A stretch of DNA of 64,000 bases from Lytechinus pictus. Its lineage: Eukaryota. Shown piece by piece: positions 24,901 through 36,600 of the stretch. How positions within the stretch are numbered: position 1 is the first letter of the stretch; each line of letters begins with the position of its first letter. The notes under the pieces were generated by a model that worked only from the letters and a program-made list of their open reading frames with translations, had not been told where the DNA came from and searched no databases. Location: positions 25,670,001 to 25,734,000 of the forward strand of contig NC_087251.1 in NCBI RefSeq assembly GCF_037042905.1, in the 5' to 3' direction. The position numbers and the translations under genes are program-made.

Positions 24901-27844
24901 TTTGTATTTGTCTTTCACTAAAAATTAATGTAAGTAAATAAATGAAATGAAATGCAAAAACTACTTACCTAGATGATTGACTCCAAACTGCATCTCATAG
25001 CCTTCCTCTGTTTTCCATTTAGGGCATCTCATAACACCAGCATTGTTGATCAGAATATTAACACCTTTCTCATCTGAAATTTATGAATAAACAAAACTAT
25101 CAATATAAGACATTGAGAAATAGAGCTGCAGATTCAGGTAGGCACAGATCTAGGGGGGTAGCAAAAGGGGCACATGCCTGTTAGGAATTTTTTCAATGGG
25201 AAAGCACTTCCAATAACCACCTGTGACATTTTATGCCCCCCCCCCCATTGGAAAATCCTGGATCCATTCATGAACACAAATGATAACGTTTGTATATCAA
25301 TGATGTTAAAAAGATTGTTTGGTATGATTAATTAATGTTTTGCTCAAGACAAGATAATCTCTCATCAATATTGATGACCAGCCATACAAGTTTTAAGCAA
25401 CATTTTTGTCAGGTTTACGTTTAATGGGGAGTTTGATACCATCCATTTTTTTGACAAACATTATGTGATGCACTATCACAAGACACTGTCTCATGTAGTT
25501 AATTCATCATCTCAACACTACATGGTCGAAAGTACCCAAGGCTTAGGGGGAGAGAATGATGGATAGTATTTATTCACTTGTAATGCTTCTGCATGGACTT
25601 TCAAAATGGATCCTAAAATTCATTGATCCCCCTATCCCCAGCTGGGACCTTTTCCATCTATCTCTGCCTGTTCAGCAATGATCCACTTGTTCAATTTCAA
25701 CATATTCAAACAGGGTCCCATCTCAAAGCATTGCAATTGATGCAATGAATATCAATTGAGGAAAGCAATTGATATCATACATTTTCATCTAAAATAGTAG
25801 ACAGACTATTCACTCCCATTTTCAAACCAAAATTAATTCAGCGTGCAAAGAGTTAAAGAGGCAGGCAATAGAACAAGTTGGTGTTTCTGGTTGTGCATAG
25901 TTGAGATTGATTGGATCAATTTCGAACCAATGTAGGATGGGGCATGGAGGATAACAAAATGGGCACTGCTTACCTGATGAAATTTGATCAGCAAACTGTC
26001 TTATAGAGGATAGGGAAGCAAGGTCCAACTGCAAGACCTTCACATCTGTATTGCCGCTAGAAGCAACAATCTCTTCTCTGGCCTTTTCTGCTTTCTTGAT
26101 ATCTCGGCAAGCGAGGATAATTTTGCCACCTGGAAAAACAGCACAAAAGACAATATAGTTGACACTGTGTGACACACTATCACCAAAATAATCTTTAACA
26201 AGGTCACAATGCTTACCAAAATTAAGAATACATTACAATGTATATTTGAAATAAAAATATATGTATATGTATGGGTATAAATACAGTTTTAGGCAAGTAG
26301 GTCTTTTAACTCTGTAAGACTTAAAGATTTTTTGTATCTCATATTGGTATACTTGAAAATAGTTTAAATCTAAGGGTCATACTTAAAAAATACTCCGAAA
26401 GTTTAAAAGAATATAAACTTGCATGGACACCTTCCATCACTAAAATATTTGTCCAAGAAAAAAAATAGACCAGATTACGCAAAACTTATTAAAGTCAAAA
26501 TTTCTCATAGTTCAAACAGATTTTTTGGTCCCAAAAGGTTTGATCAGGGTAAAATAAGTGGCATAATATTTCTTACCTCTCTTCGCTAACTCCAACGCAG
26601 TCTCTTTTCCAATACCAGAATTTGCTCCAGTGATGATCACAGTTTTGCCATCAACTCTGGCTTTGCATGGACATTTATCACCACCATTATAGTCTCTGGT
26701 TTGGGAAAAGTAAAAATAAAATCACTTAGATCTAAGCTTAATTTAAAAATAAGCTTGATTTTTTAATAATCATCTCATTCACAAAATAGATCTAAATGTG
26801 AAGGCTAGATAATAGGAACGGAAACTGAGATGTATCTGAAATTTGTTCCTTTCCCTCTCTAACATTAAACACAAAACAAAAGAAGAGAACCAGAACCAGA
26901 TATAAAAATCAGGGGTGTCGGAGCGAAGTTGAAAGTGGGGGCACAGGAAAAAAAGGGCTTATTTTCTTTTGAAAAGGGCACTATTTTAATTTAAACATGG
27001 CCGTAGGCATAATTTTTTTTGGGAGGCAGCACGCGTAAACTTTTTTGAAAAAACTCAAAATCGAGGGAGCGAAGCGACTGAGCTTATCAGTGAGGCCCTT
27101 TTACATTTTTTTAAAAGTGAAATTGATGGAATTTGTGCATACAAAAGGGCACAGAATATGCTCATGAGGGGGCATGTTTCTTGCATGAAAAAGGACACTT
27201 TTTCAGTGCTTCAAAAAGTGGGAGGACTGTGCCCCCCTCCCCCAGGATCGCTTCCGCTGCTAAAAATAAATGATTGATATTATTAGTATTACATTTCAAC
27301 AAAGCTCAGTCACTAAAGTTAGTCTGATGTAGTCAGATGTGTAATCTAAATCTGGTCTTTTTTTTTTTGATCAGCAATGACCCAATGTGACACCGTCAGG
27401 TGGCTTTTCATGAATTGGGGACAACTCTGTTGTTGGCAGATAAGACATGACTGTCTTGTCTTTGATTTCCAGAAATGCTGCCATCGGTGGGGGCATTTCT
27501 GGAAATTAAAGACAAGATAGACAGACCACCCCCACCGCAACAGCAGCCTTTGCCCAGCACATCGACTCGCATCTCGAATTGGCACGGGCAACGCGACTGC
27601 TGCTGTACCGTCCTCACAGACACAGAGCTCAGAGCCGCTGCCCGGCCCCGGACCGGAGGCGAAGCAGCTAGCAGATGCTGCAGAATGCAACAGGAGGCAA
27701 AATCTACATCACTCACGTCACACGATGACACATACCATTTTCCATTAATACTCACTTTAGAAGCAACGAACCTCCAACGAGTGCCCCAAATGATGATAAA
27801 GGTAAAACAAATCTTGGGTGAAAAATTCTACTGAACACGTCCAT
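21987..27844 (-). CDS. RDH13: Retinol dehydrogenase 13-like short-chain dehydrogenase/reductase, 7 coding exons
   Basis: Exons 27844-27756, 26695-26577, 26129-25974, 25073-24969, 24109-23900, 22759-22552 and 22143-21987, with consistent phases. Motifs [26 protein letters not shown] and LHPGVV. N-terminal [19 protein letters not shown] and [13 protein letters not shown] resemble RDH13 in particular. Confidence 0.9.
22948..23369. mobile_element. hAT-like MITE in an RDH13 intron
   Basis: TIRs CAGACCTGCCAACC / GGTTGGCTGGTCTG. No clear TSD. Confidence 0.65.
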
Positions 27845-28171
27845 GTTCAAAATATTTGGATTTTTCCTCTGCGGTAGTTTATTTTGATTACGCAATCAGC
27901 CCGATATTCCTTAGCTTATGTTTCAGGCACCTCTATCGAATATATTTTAAAATTAGCTTTTGCCATAAAACTGAAATCTAAAATATCGAGCCTTAATATT
28001 AACGCTCATCAACTATATACACTACCGGTAGTAGTTTGTTTCTATGTTTACTAATAAATGGATCAGTAATATTAACTTGGATTATGTTAACAAACAATCT
28101 GAATTTTAAAAATTCCTTCCCATTACATGTTCTCCCCAAATTTCCCGTTTCTTAATTCCGATTTCTTTATT

Positions 28172-28985
28172 GAAGAGTTTGGTTGCAAATGGGGTTAGAT
28201 CCACTTGGAACATTCCGAGAAAAATCGTGTTCTTATTCTCCCATATTGCAATATTCTTATGAGAAACTAAATTGACATGATGTACTATCCTATCAGGTGA
28301 ACATAAAATTGGATATAAAAAAAATCTACCTGTATTCAATTTTTATCAATATATTCAAAAAAATTATCATCATATGGGATAACCCCTTTTGCAAGCAAAC
28401 TGAAATGAATCCAATATCCCTAGCTCTTTTGGATTAAAGAGTGATTTTTCTTTGCCACTTTGAATGAGAATTTAGAATTTTCTTTGGTATCATCAGAGCG
28501 ACTAAAAATCTATAGGTTTTAATACAAAAACAATAAGATTTATGAAAAATTGATCTAAACCCATTTTGACAAATGAGTCGTTCATAGAAGAGTTTGGTTG
28601 CAAAAAGGATACTCCAAGTAAATCGTTTTTTATCCTCCCATATTGCAATATTCTTATGCAAAACTAAATTTTCATGATTATATATACCCTACCATGTAAA
28701 CAAAATTAGGTATAGGCCTAAAATAAATCTACCTGTCTTCATATTTTTTTTTTTGCCGGATTTTCAAAAAAAAAAATTTGTGGAATTAACCCCTTTTGCA
28801 ACCAAACTGAAATATCTAACCCCTTTTGAAAAAAAAGTGATTTTTCTTTGCTTTTTGGTACACTTTTTAATGGGAATTCAACTTTAATTTGGTATCATCC
28901 TATGTAGAGCTACTAAAAGTCTATACATTTAGACCAAACAAAATTGATGAAAATGGATCTAACCCCTTTTGCAACTGAGCTCTTC
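28172..28985. mobile_element. Two head-to-tail copies (~410 bp) of a TIR element between RDH13 and UBR7
   Basis: Copies 28172-28583 and 28587-28985. Termini GAAGAGTTTGGTTGCAAA.GGGGTTAGATCCA / TGGATCTAACCCCTTTTGCAACTGAGCTCTTC. Confidence 0.7.
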
Positions 28986-29344
28986 ATATATAGGCCTATA
29001 TAGGCCGAAATGGCCCCGGGCAATAGGCTAAATTCAGGCTAGAATCACTGAAATATTCATCTTTGTTCACTCAAAAAAAAATATATATTCATAAATACAA
29101 TAATCGGATTATGAATAGCCATTTCAATTTATAAATTGCCCTCTTATCATTTCTTCATTATCTAGACCTAGGTAGCTAGCTATTTACACTAATGCAAGTG
29201 TTAAGTGCAGATAAGTGAGCAGTGCCCTCATTAATTCAGCATATAATGTTGCCCAATGTACTTGTTTGTTTTTTTACCACGTCGTATTGACTACCATATG
29301 ACCGTAAATAAATTGAATTTAATTTTTCATCCAGGTAGTAGATA

Positions 29345-29690
29345 GGCCTAAAGCAAAAAGAAAAAAAAGGTATAACTGGAAAGTAAATGATAATAAAGAG
29401 AAAAAATGCCATGAAGATTAGCAAAGAAAAGAAAAATATATATTAGAGAAGCCTAAAACAGAAAGAAAAAAAAAACAGAAAAGAAAACAAAGGAAAGGAA
29501 CAAAACTTGAGAAAAGACTAAAAGAAATTCGAAAAGTAAAGAAAAGAAAGAACTATAGGAAAAGTAAATTAAGTTAAAGAAAAGAAGAAAAAAAACTAAA
29601 AGTGAAATGAAATTAAAGAAGTGAAAACCTATGAAAAAAAAAAGAAAGAAGGAAAATAAGAAAGGAATATTAAGAAAAGAAGAAACAAAA
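29345..29690. repeat. Purine (A/G)-rich low-complexity tract
   Basis: Runs of aaagaaaag with very few pyrimidines. Confidence 0.8.
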
Positions 29691-30496
29691 AGTTGGCCGG
29701 AAGGATAGCTTTATTTAGACTGAATGAATAGGTATACGAGCCCAATTAAGCTGATTTTTTTATGGGACATTTTGTATAGGCCTACTCCTATCGGTTTTCT
29801 TTGCCCGGTTTCTTTGTTCTTTCTCTTACAAAAGAAATTCCAATATGGATAAATAAAGACGAACTTGAACTTTACATTATACCGTGATCTCATTCACCTC
29901 CCTAAAGTTCGAACTTCTAGTTGTTGTTTCTAATTCATTTAAAACAAATTCCCCCAAATAACATGGAATGGAACACCTCCAATTGAAAGAATGCACGGCT
30001 CCAATATTTGCAGGGCTTCCCTCAAATATTTTGTTTCACCCCCCCCCCCTGGTCGATCCTCTTTTTTCTTGCTTCATGAGTAGTTATGTTTGTTGATTCC
30101 CTGATTCTCCTGGGTCACCAGATCATATTGCATGCATGTTTATAAAAAAATTTGTTGTCAATTTGTAATTTGATTTTATTTCTTTTTCTTCTACATAACA
30201 ATTTAATATAACATAAATATAACACATGTTGACAATAAATCAGACGTATTATCATTGAACATAAAATCAGTTGCAGAAGATGGATTGCCATTAAAGCAAT
30301 GCAAACTTGAATACTATATAGCTAGCTGCTTGAAAATATATAATGAGCAGAATTACGGATAACTAAGAATTATCAGTTAAATAAAAAGAAAGAAAATCAA
30401 ACAAACAAACGCCCGACAGAGAGTAATAATTAAAAAGAATAAATTTAGAAAAGGAAAAAAGCAGTTCAATAACTTGGAAAAGAGAAATCTATTAAA

Positions 30497-30520
30497 GGCG
30501 CGGGATCCCGGCGCGGGATC
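30497..30520 (+). promoter_or_regulatory. Tandem GGCGCGGGATC motifs (E2F-like) upstream of UBR7
   Basis: Two exact copies at 30497-30507 and 30510-30520 in a CpG-rich patch ~180 bp before the ATG. Confidence 0.35.
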
Positions 30521-30690
30521 TTTGGAAAACTAAGAGGAGATATATATATCGGTACGGTGTACGTGTGCATATGCATACGGTACCGGTACGGTAGATATAG
30601 AGTTGAAATTGTTGGATAAGCGCGAAGTGCATGTTTATATTCTTGTTGGACCTGATGCGTGAAAGCTAGTTTTCTTTGCGGCTTTTCATT

Positions 30691-33600
30691 ATGGAGAACG
30701 AAGATCAAGATGTAGTTTCTATGGTTGATGTATTGCAGCAAGATAATGAACTTGAAGAAGAAGCTGCAGCAGTTCTTGGCGATAGTGATGATAAATGTTG
30801 CACATACCCGATGGTGAGTTGAAGCTTAAGAAAATCACACGGGAGGCCATTACCTTTGGCGGCGCAGTCAATTCTTCTGCACACATATTCATTGGGATTA
30901 CCACGATTGTGTGATATAGATATTGGAATTACACAGAAGCAACCTTGTTCATTGAATGAGTGCACAGAAGCGTTATTCCTAGGTATAGCACATTAGTTGT
31001 GCGAGGTTAGTAACTAACCTCGCACATCTAATGTGCTGTACGGTATACCTAGGACTAACCTCGCACAGCTAATGTCATGAATGTGCTAAACTATACGTAG
31101 GAATAACGCTTCTGTGCACTCATTCAAATAGTATGAAGAAGGCCGTAGGGGACCCTGGGACTGTGTCTACGACTACGTGCCTAAAATTATAACTAAAAAG
31201 TTAGATAGATCTAAACTAAACTAGATTAAACATAAATTTATTTTTATACCACACGGCCACACACAAAAATGTCAGATGTATAGATCTCTAGATCTAGACC
31301 GAGTAGGTATGTGACAAAAAAATGACAATCATCATTCCCATCAAATATCAATAAATTTGGTATCATTTGAAATGAAGCTCTTAAAAATACCTTTCAAAAT
31401 CAAATGATAGTAAGAACTCTAATTTTCATCAAGAAATTATAATGTAATTCCAGTTTAAGTCGCGCATATTCGTCCAAATATGTGGCCATTGTCTTAATGT
31501 AAAGTCAATAGAATACAGAACCGATTTTTGTGACCATTCTGTGACCATTTTGAACCCAAGTCTTCAACAGGCTCTATAAACTTCTTTGTTTTTGAGCCCT
31601 TTGAAGTAATTTAGGTATCAATGGAAAGGTTAAAGAAAGCTCAATTGATGTGTAATCATGTCACTTTGTAATTTTTCTTCTTAATATGTGTAATAATAAT
31701 AATAATAATAGGCATTTATATAGCGCCATCTATCTAGAAATATTCTATTCCGAGGCGCACAAGAAAAGAAAGAATGAGAAAGTTTGGATGAGTGTCAAAG
31801 TGCCAATAACTAATACAGTTAGAAAAGATAAGACTTCAGTTTGGATTTGAAGGTCTCCAGTGATTGTATAATTCTTAAATTTAATGGCAAATTATTTCAA
31901 AGAGAAGGTGCTGAGGCAGAGAAAGCTCGTGCACCATATGCTACACGTGTCTTGGGAGTCTTAAGAAGTTGCTGGTGTACAATAATTTCTTCTAATTAAT
32001 TATGCAAATTACGCAAAATAACAATTGCCTCTTTTTTTGCCAAATGAAGGTGATCATGATAGATAATTTATATAATTTAGTTGGCATCAAAACAGCATCA
32101 TGTAGATAATTTTCTTAATGCATTTGTTTAAGGTATTGTTTTTGTAATTTCTAATGTATTTCTCTGTTTATCTGATATAAATTACAAGCTCTTTTTTCAA
32201 CTTTAGTATTGTATACATGTATGTACGGGGACTTTTTTACATATGAAAATTATCATTCCTTTTGTAATTTGTATGACCAAATAAAAATACAAGTGTGCTA
32301 TTTTCTGTTGAATAAGTTATGATTGTAATAAATAACAAAGGTGCATATATTAGCATACTTGTTTTGTTTCGTCATATACTATAATAGAAATTATAGATAT
32401 CAATCATAATAATCCATGTATAACTTACTTACTTTGGTTTACATCCACTTAATTATAAATTTTGATGAAATTTAACTTTCCCCATTCGTTTAACACATGC
32501 AATTATTTGCAAGACATCTTTCATAATATTTATAAGGTCATAAAGTGTTTGCTATGTTTTGTTTCTTTGTATACTGTTAAAGAAATATATATCAATCATG
32601 ATAATCCATTTAAAACTTAACTTACTCTGGTTTACATCAAGTTAATTAATTTTGATGAAATTTCACTTTCCCCATTCGTTTTACACATTGACAAATGTCC
32701 CGTATGTCACATGTCCTGTACGTCACAGCACGGATGTTTATATTTTGAGCTATTTCATAATAACAATGAGTTCTATCATTTCATTCATGGCTAATGAAAC
32801 TTGAAAAGGAACAAGATGAAAACATGATAATGAGAGATTTCCAGCTTATTCCAATTCATAGAGTTTTAATGACAAACTTTTTTTTAAAAAAATCAGCTTT
32901 TTTCTGGTCCCGTACGTCACAGCGCATATTAATTAAAGTATTACATCGTTAATAGAATTGTAGATCACTAATTTTTTTTACTGAATAAAGAGGGCACAAC
33001 TGGCCTTCCAAAATCCATAAAAGATTCTCTGTTTTGTGTTTTTATGTTATACAACTTTAAAGTCTCTAAATGTCCCGTACGTCACAAGTCAAATAGCTTG
33101 GACCTGCCCAAATATAACATGGTTTTAGCCTATTTTTTAAATTTTTTTTCAAGTTCAAAATATTAAAAGTGGATTTGTTGAACTTTATGTTTTCTAATAT
33201 ACAGCCAATCAGGCAAGCCGACTGTGTAGTAGAATTCCGCTTATTTGTGTGCGTTTGATTTTACATGCAAATAAGTGTACTATCAGCAATTTCATGTACT
33301 TCTGCATCAAATTTACATGACAAAAATTAATTGTTATTTACTTATTTTTTAATTAATTAATTATGCAAATAAGCATAAGAAATTTGCCCTAAATTAAAAA
33401 AAAAAATGTTTTTGCCTTTAACTCTTATTTATTAAGCTAGTAGAATGCTAATTTTTGGTGAGAGTATCAATCTTTACCTTTATAACAAATATCCGCAAAA
33501 AATATAATTTCTTTTTTGTTTTTTAAATTTGTATTTCTTTGTGTTTTCGAACCTTTGTTTTTTATTGTTTTTTCCGATGAACTTTGTCAGGGACTCTTTT

Positions 33601-36600
33601 GCGATCATAAATAGCATGAAATAAATCCATTTGAACCAATAAAATTAAAAATAATCATACATTCATGATTTTTGGTTGAAAAACACAATTTGCATTGACC
33701 TTGTACATGGAATCACGTTTTTGAGCAATTTTGGGTCCGACATGCACATACAAAATGTTGCGTAATTTCAAAATCGCGCACCCAGGCATCGCAAATTTGG
33801 TGTGGTAAAAAAATTCGCGTGACGGCGTAGCGACAAAATTTGTCCAGGGGGGGGCTCAAATTGACCCCCCCCCCCAGTTTGATAAGGGTTAATATTGCAT
33901 TAGGGGCCTACAATAGGCCTTAAATGCACACTCGGACCTAACTGAGAAACAAAACAAGCATGGTATACAATACATGGTCAGAAGAGTGTGAAATACTGTA
34001 TACATTTTTTTCTCATATCCAATGTTTTTATTCATAATTATGTTTGGGGAAAGTTGGAACATGTTCCAACTAGCCCCTTCAATTTTGTTCCAACTAACCC
34101 CAGACTAACCCCAGAGGCCCATTTGACATAATTATAAGCTTACAGCACAAAAAAGGGAATTTCACTTCACCATGGCATATTAATAACCTTATTTTGTAGC
34201 TTGGTACAAGTGCCATTATACCCCCAAACAGGCCAACTTGATCTATAAACTTTCCTGAGATAATAAAAAATTTCTGAAAGAGAAAAAATTGCTCAGAAGA
34301 TGAAAAAACAAAAATTCCTTTCTAACTTCACTAGGCTTGTTGCACATGTGTTGTCTGTAATATGGTGGATGGCTGTTGATAATAGCAATAAATTGAGGGC
34401 AGTATTGCATAAATTTACTTAAAGGCATTAAAGAAAATTACAATGTTTCAACTTACCCCGCGTTCCAACTAACCCCGATCTCCCCTACTGTATTAAAATT
34501 TACCACTTTCCCTCTTTATCTTCTTAATGAAAGCCTATGAACTTGACATGCCGGATGGGGCAAATGAGGCCCCCCGGATTAAAACAACACCATATACATG
34601 TATGGTTACATCTGTTAAAACAGTAAAATGCAGTCTAGACATCTCCACACTGGCTTATGTACACTGAAAGTGTCCATTTCCAGTATAACATGTATAAACA
34701 ATATTACAGTGACAGTCAAAACACAATCCAACAATCATTTTTTCCCATAATATTTGATAGGATTAAGCCTCTAGAGATAGGATTAATAAATAAAGTAAAT
34801 GGGGCCTTTGGGAAAAATAATGAAATAATAATCCTGTGATTGTCACTAGTAAATCTTTAGTGATTGCATCAAACCAACTGAACTATTTTTACTTTGAATA
34901 TAGCAACACAAAATAGTTTTTAATCAATGGGCCTCACTTGTCCCATTTTGATGGGGGAAATAAGGCCCCCTGACAACAACGTTTAAAGTTCATTAATATG
35001 CAAATGAGATTGATTAGTTCTCTCATTTCTTTTTGATAATAATAATACGCAGTTCTTGTATAGCGCATATCACAGTAATGAATAATGTCTCTATGCGCTT
35101 CCAAAGGACTTGGATATTATTACCCCAGCTGTACATGTAGCTTGGCAGCCGTAATTACTAAGATTACAGCGCACATGCGCTTCAAGGAATAAATTCCTGC
35201 CAGGTACCCATTCACCTCACCTGGGTTGAGTGCAGCACAATGTGGATAAATTTCTTGCCGAAGGAAATTACGCCATGGCTGAGATTTAACCCACGACCCT
35301 CTGATTCAAAGTAATGTAGGATAATGTAGGTCTAATATATACCTACCATTAGACATCTAATCATGTTTCTACTGCTATGCATTGAATTAAAAAAGATATT
35401 ATTAGAATTATGAAAAAAGGGGACCTTATTTATCCCACTCTACCCTATCTATTTCTTTACTGTTTGCAGGGTTATGTGAGCAGACAGGCTCTCTATGCTT
35501 GTTTGACATGCAGAGGCAATCAAGATTTCCTGGCTGGTATCTGTTTAGCTTGCAGCTATGAATGCCATGAAGGTCATGAATTTGTGGAGTTATACACAAA
35601 GAGGTAAAGATCAAAGCTCAATTTCAATTACTCTAACAATTTACAACAGTTATGATGATGAAACTTCTGTGTGATGATCATGAACAAATAAAAGATAAAG
35701 AAATAAACAGTGTACGGTAAATGGATTATGGTATCCCCATGATTAATCTTGATAATTAAAAAAAAAACATTTGAGTTGAGCAAGTGTCTTTAGTTGTGTA
35801 TTTTTTCATGTGAGGTGCCTAAGAAATGATTTGTCTTTTGACCATGAAGTGTTTAGAACAACACACTACCAATCAATCGATGAGGATCCACATTGTCATC
35901 GTAAAAAAAATATGTCAGCATCTGTTCACCCAATGTGGGAAGCTGGTTAAATTTCCTTTCATTTCTCATACAGGAACTTCCGTTGTGATTGTGGGAATTC
36001 AAAGTTTCCCAACTTGACGTGCAAGCTTTTCAAAGTAAGTCGAATCCCCTTTGTTTGTACTTTATAGTATACATGACTGATTTAGCCATTTGTCTGCGAC
36101 TCATGTTTTGAATAATCTTTGAATTGAATTGAATTTTTTTTTTTTCCTATGGTATTTTATGACTCTGACTCAAGCTGATAGCTGATGCTTTTTTTTCTGT
36201 GTATTGATGCTAGATTTATTCCTGTATCATTATTTGTCTTTTGGATTGGATGATGAATTTATACCTCCAGTAGAGGAGAGTCAACATCTTTGAATATCTA
36301 TATATATAGCCTACATATCTACCCCTCCAATTTTTGTAGAAGAGTATGGGATACCCTGTTGTAATGGGCATTATGTACATCCTCTTACTAGCTGTACTGT
36401 TAGGGGATACCATGATATATTTCATAGTCGCCCACCTGAACACATGATAACTACCATGTACTTGCGATCTTTCATTCATTTGGTGTCACTCTATTTCATT
36501 TTAGATTAAACAGCTAGTGAATGCAGAAAACCAATACAATCATAATTTCATTGGTGCCTACTGCACGTGCAAGAGACCCTACCCTGATCCTGATGATTCA

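Noticed and set aside
27346..27834. Overlapping 114-119 aa ORFs
   Set aside because: No recognisable protein; by-products of a GC-rich intron overlapping RDH13 exon 1.
35200..35312. tRNA-like boxes
   Set aside because: Eroded SINE heads; no complete cloverleaf is evident.
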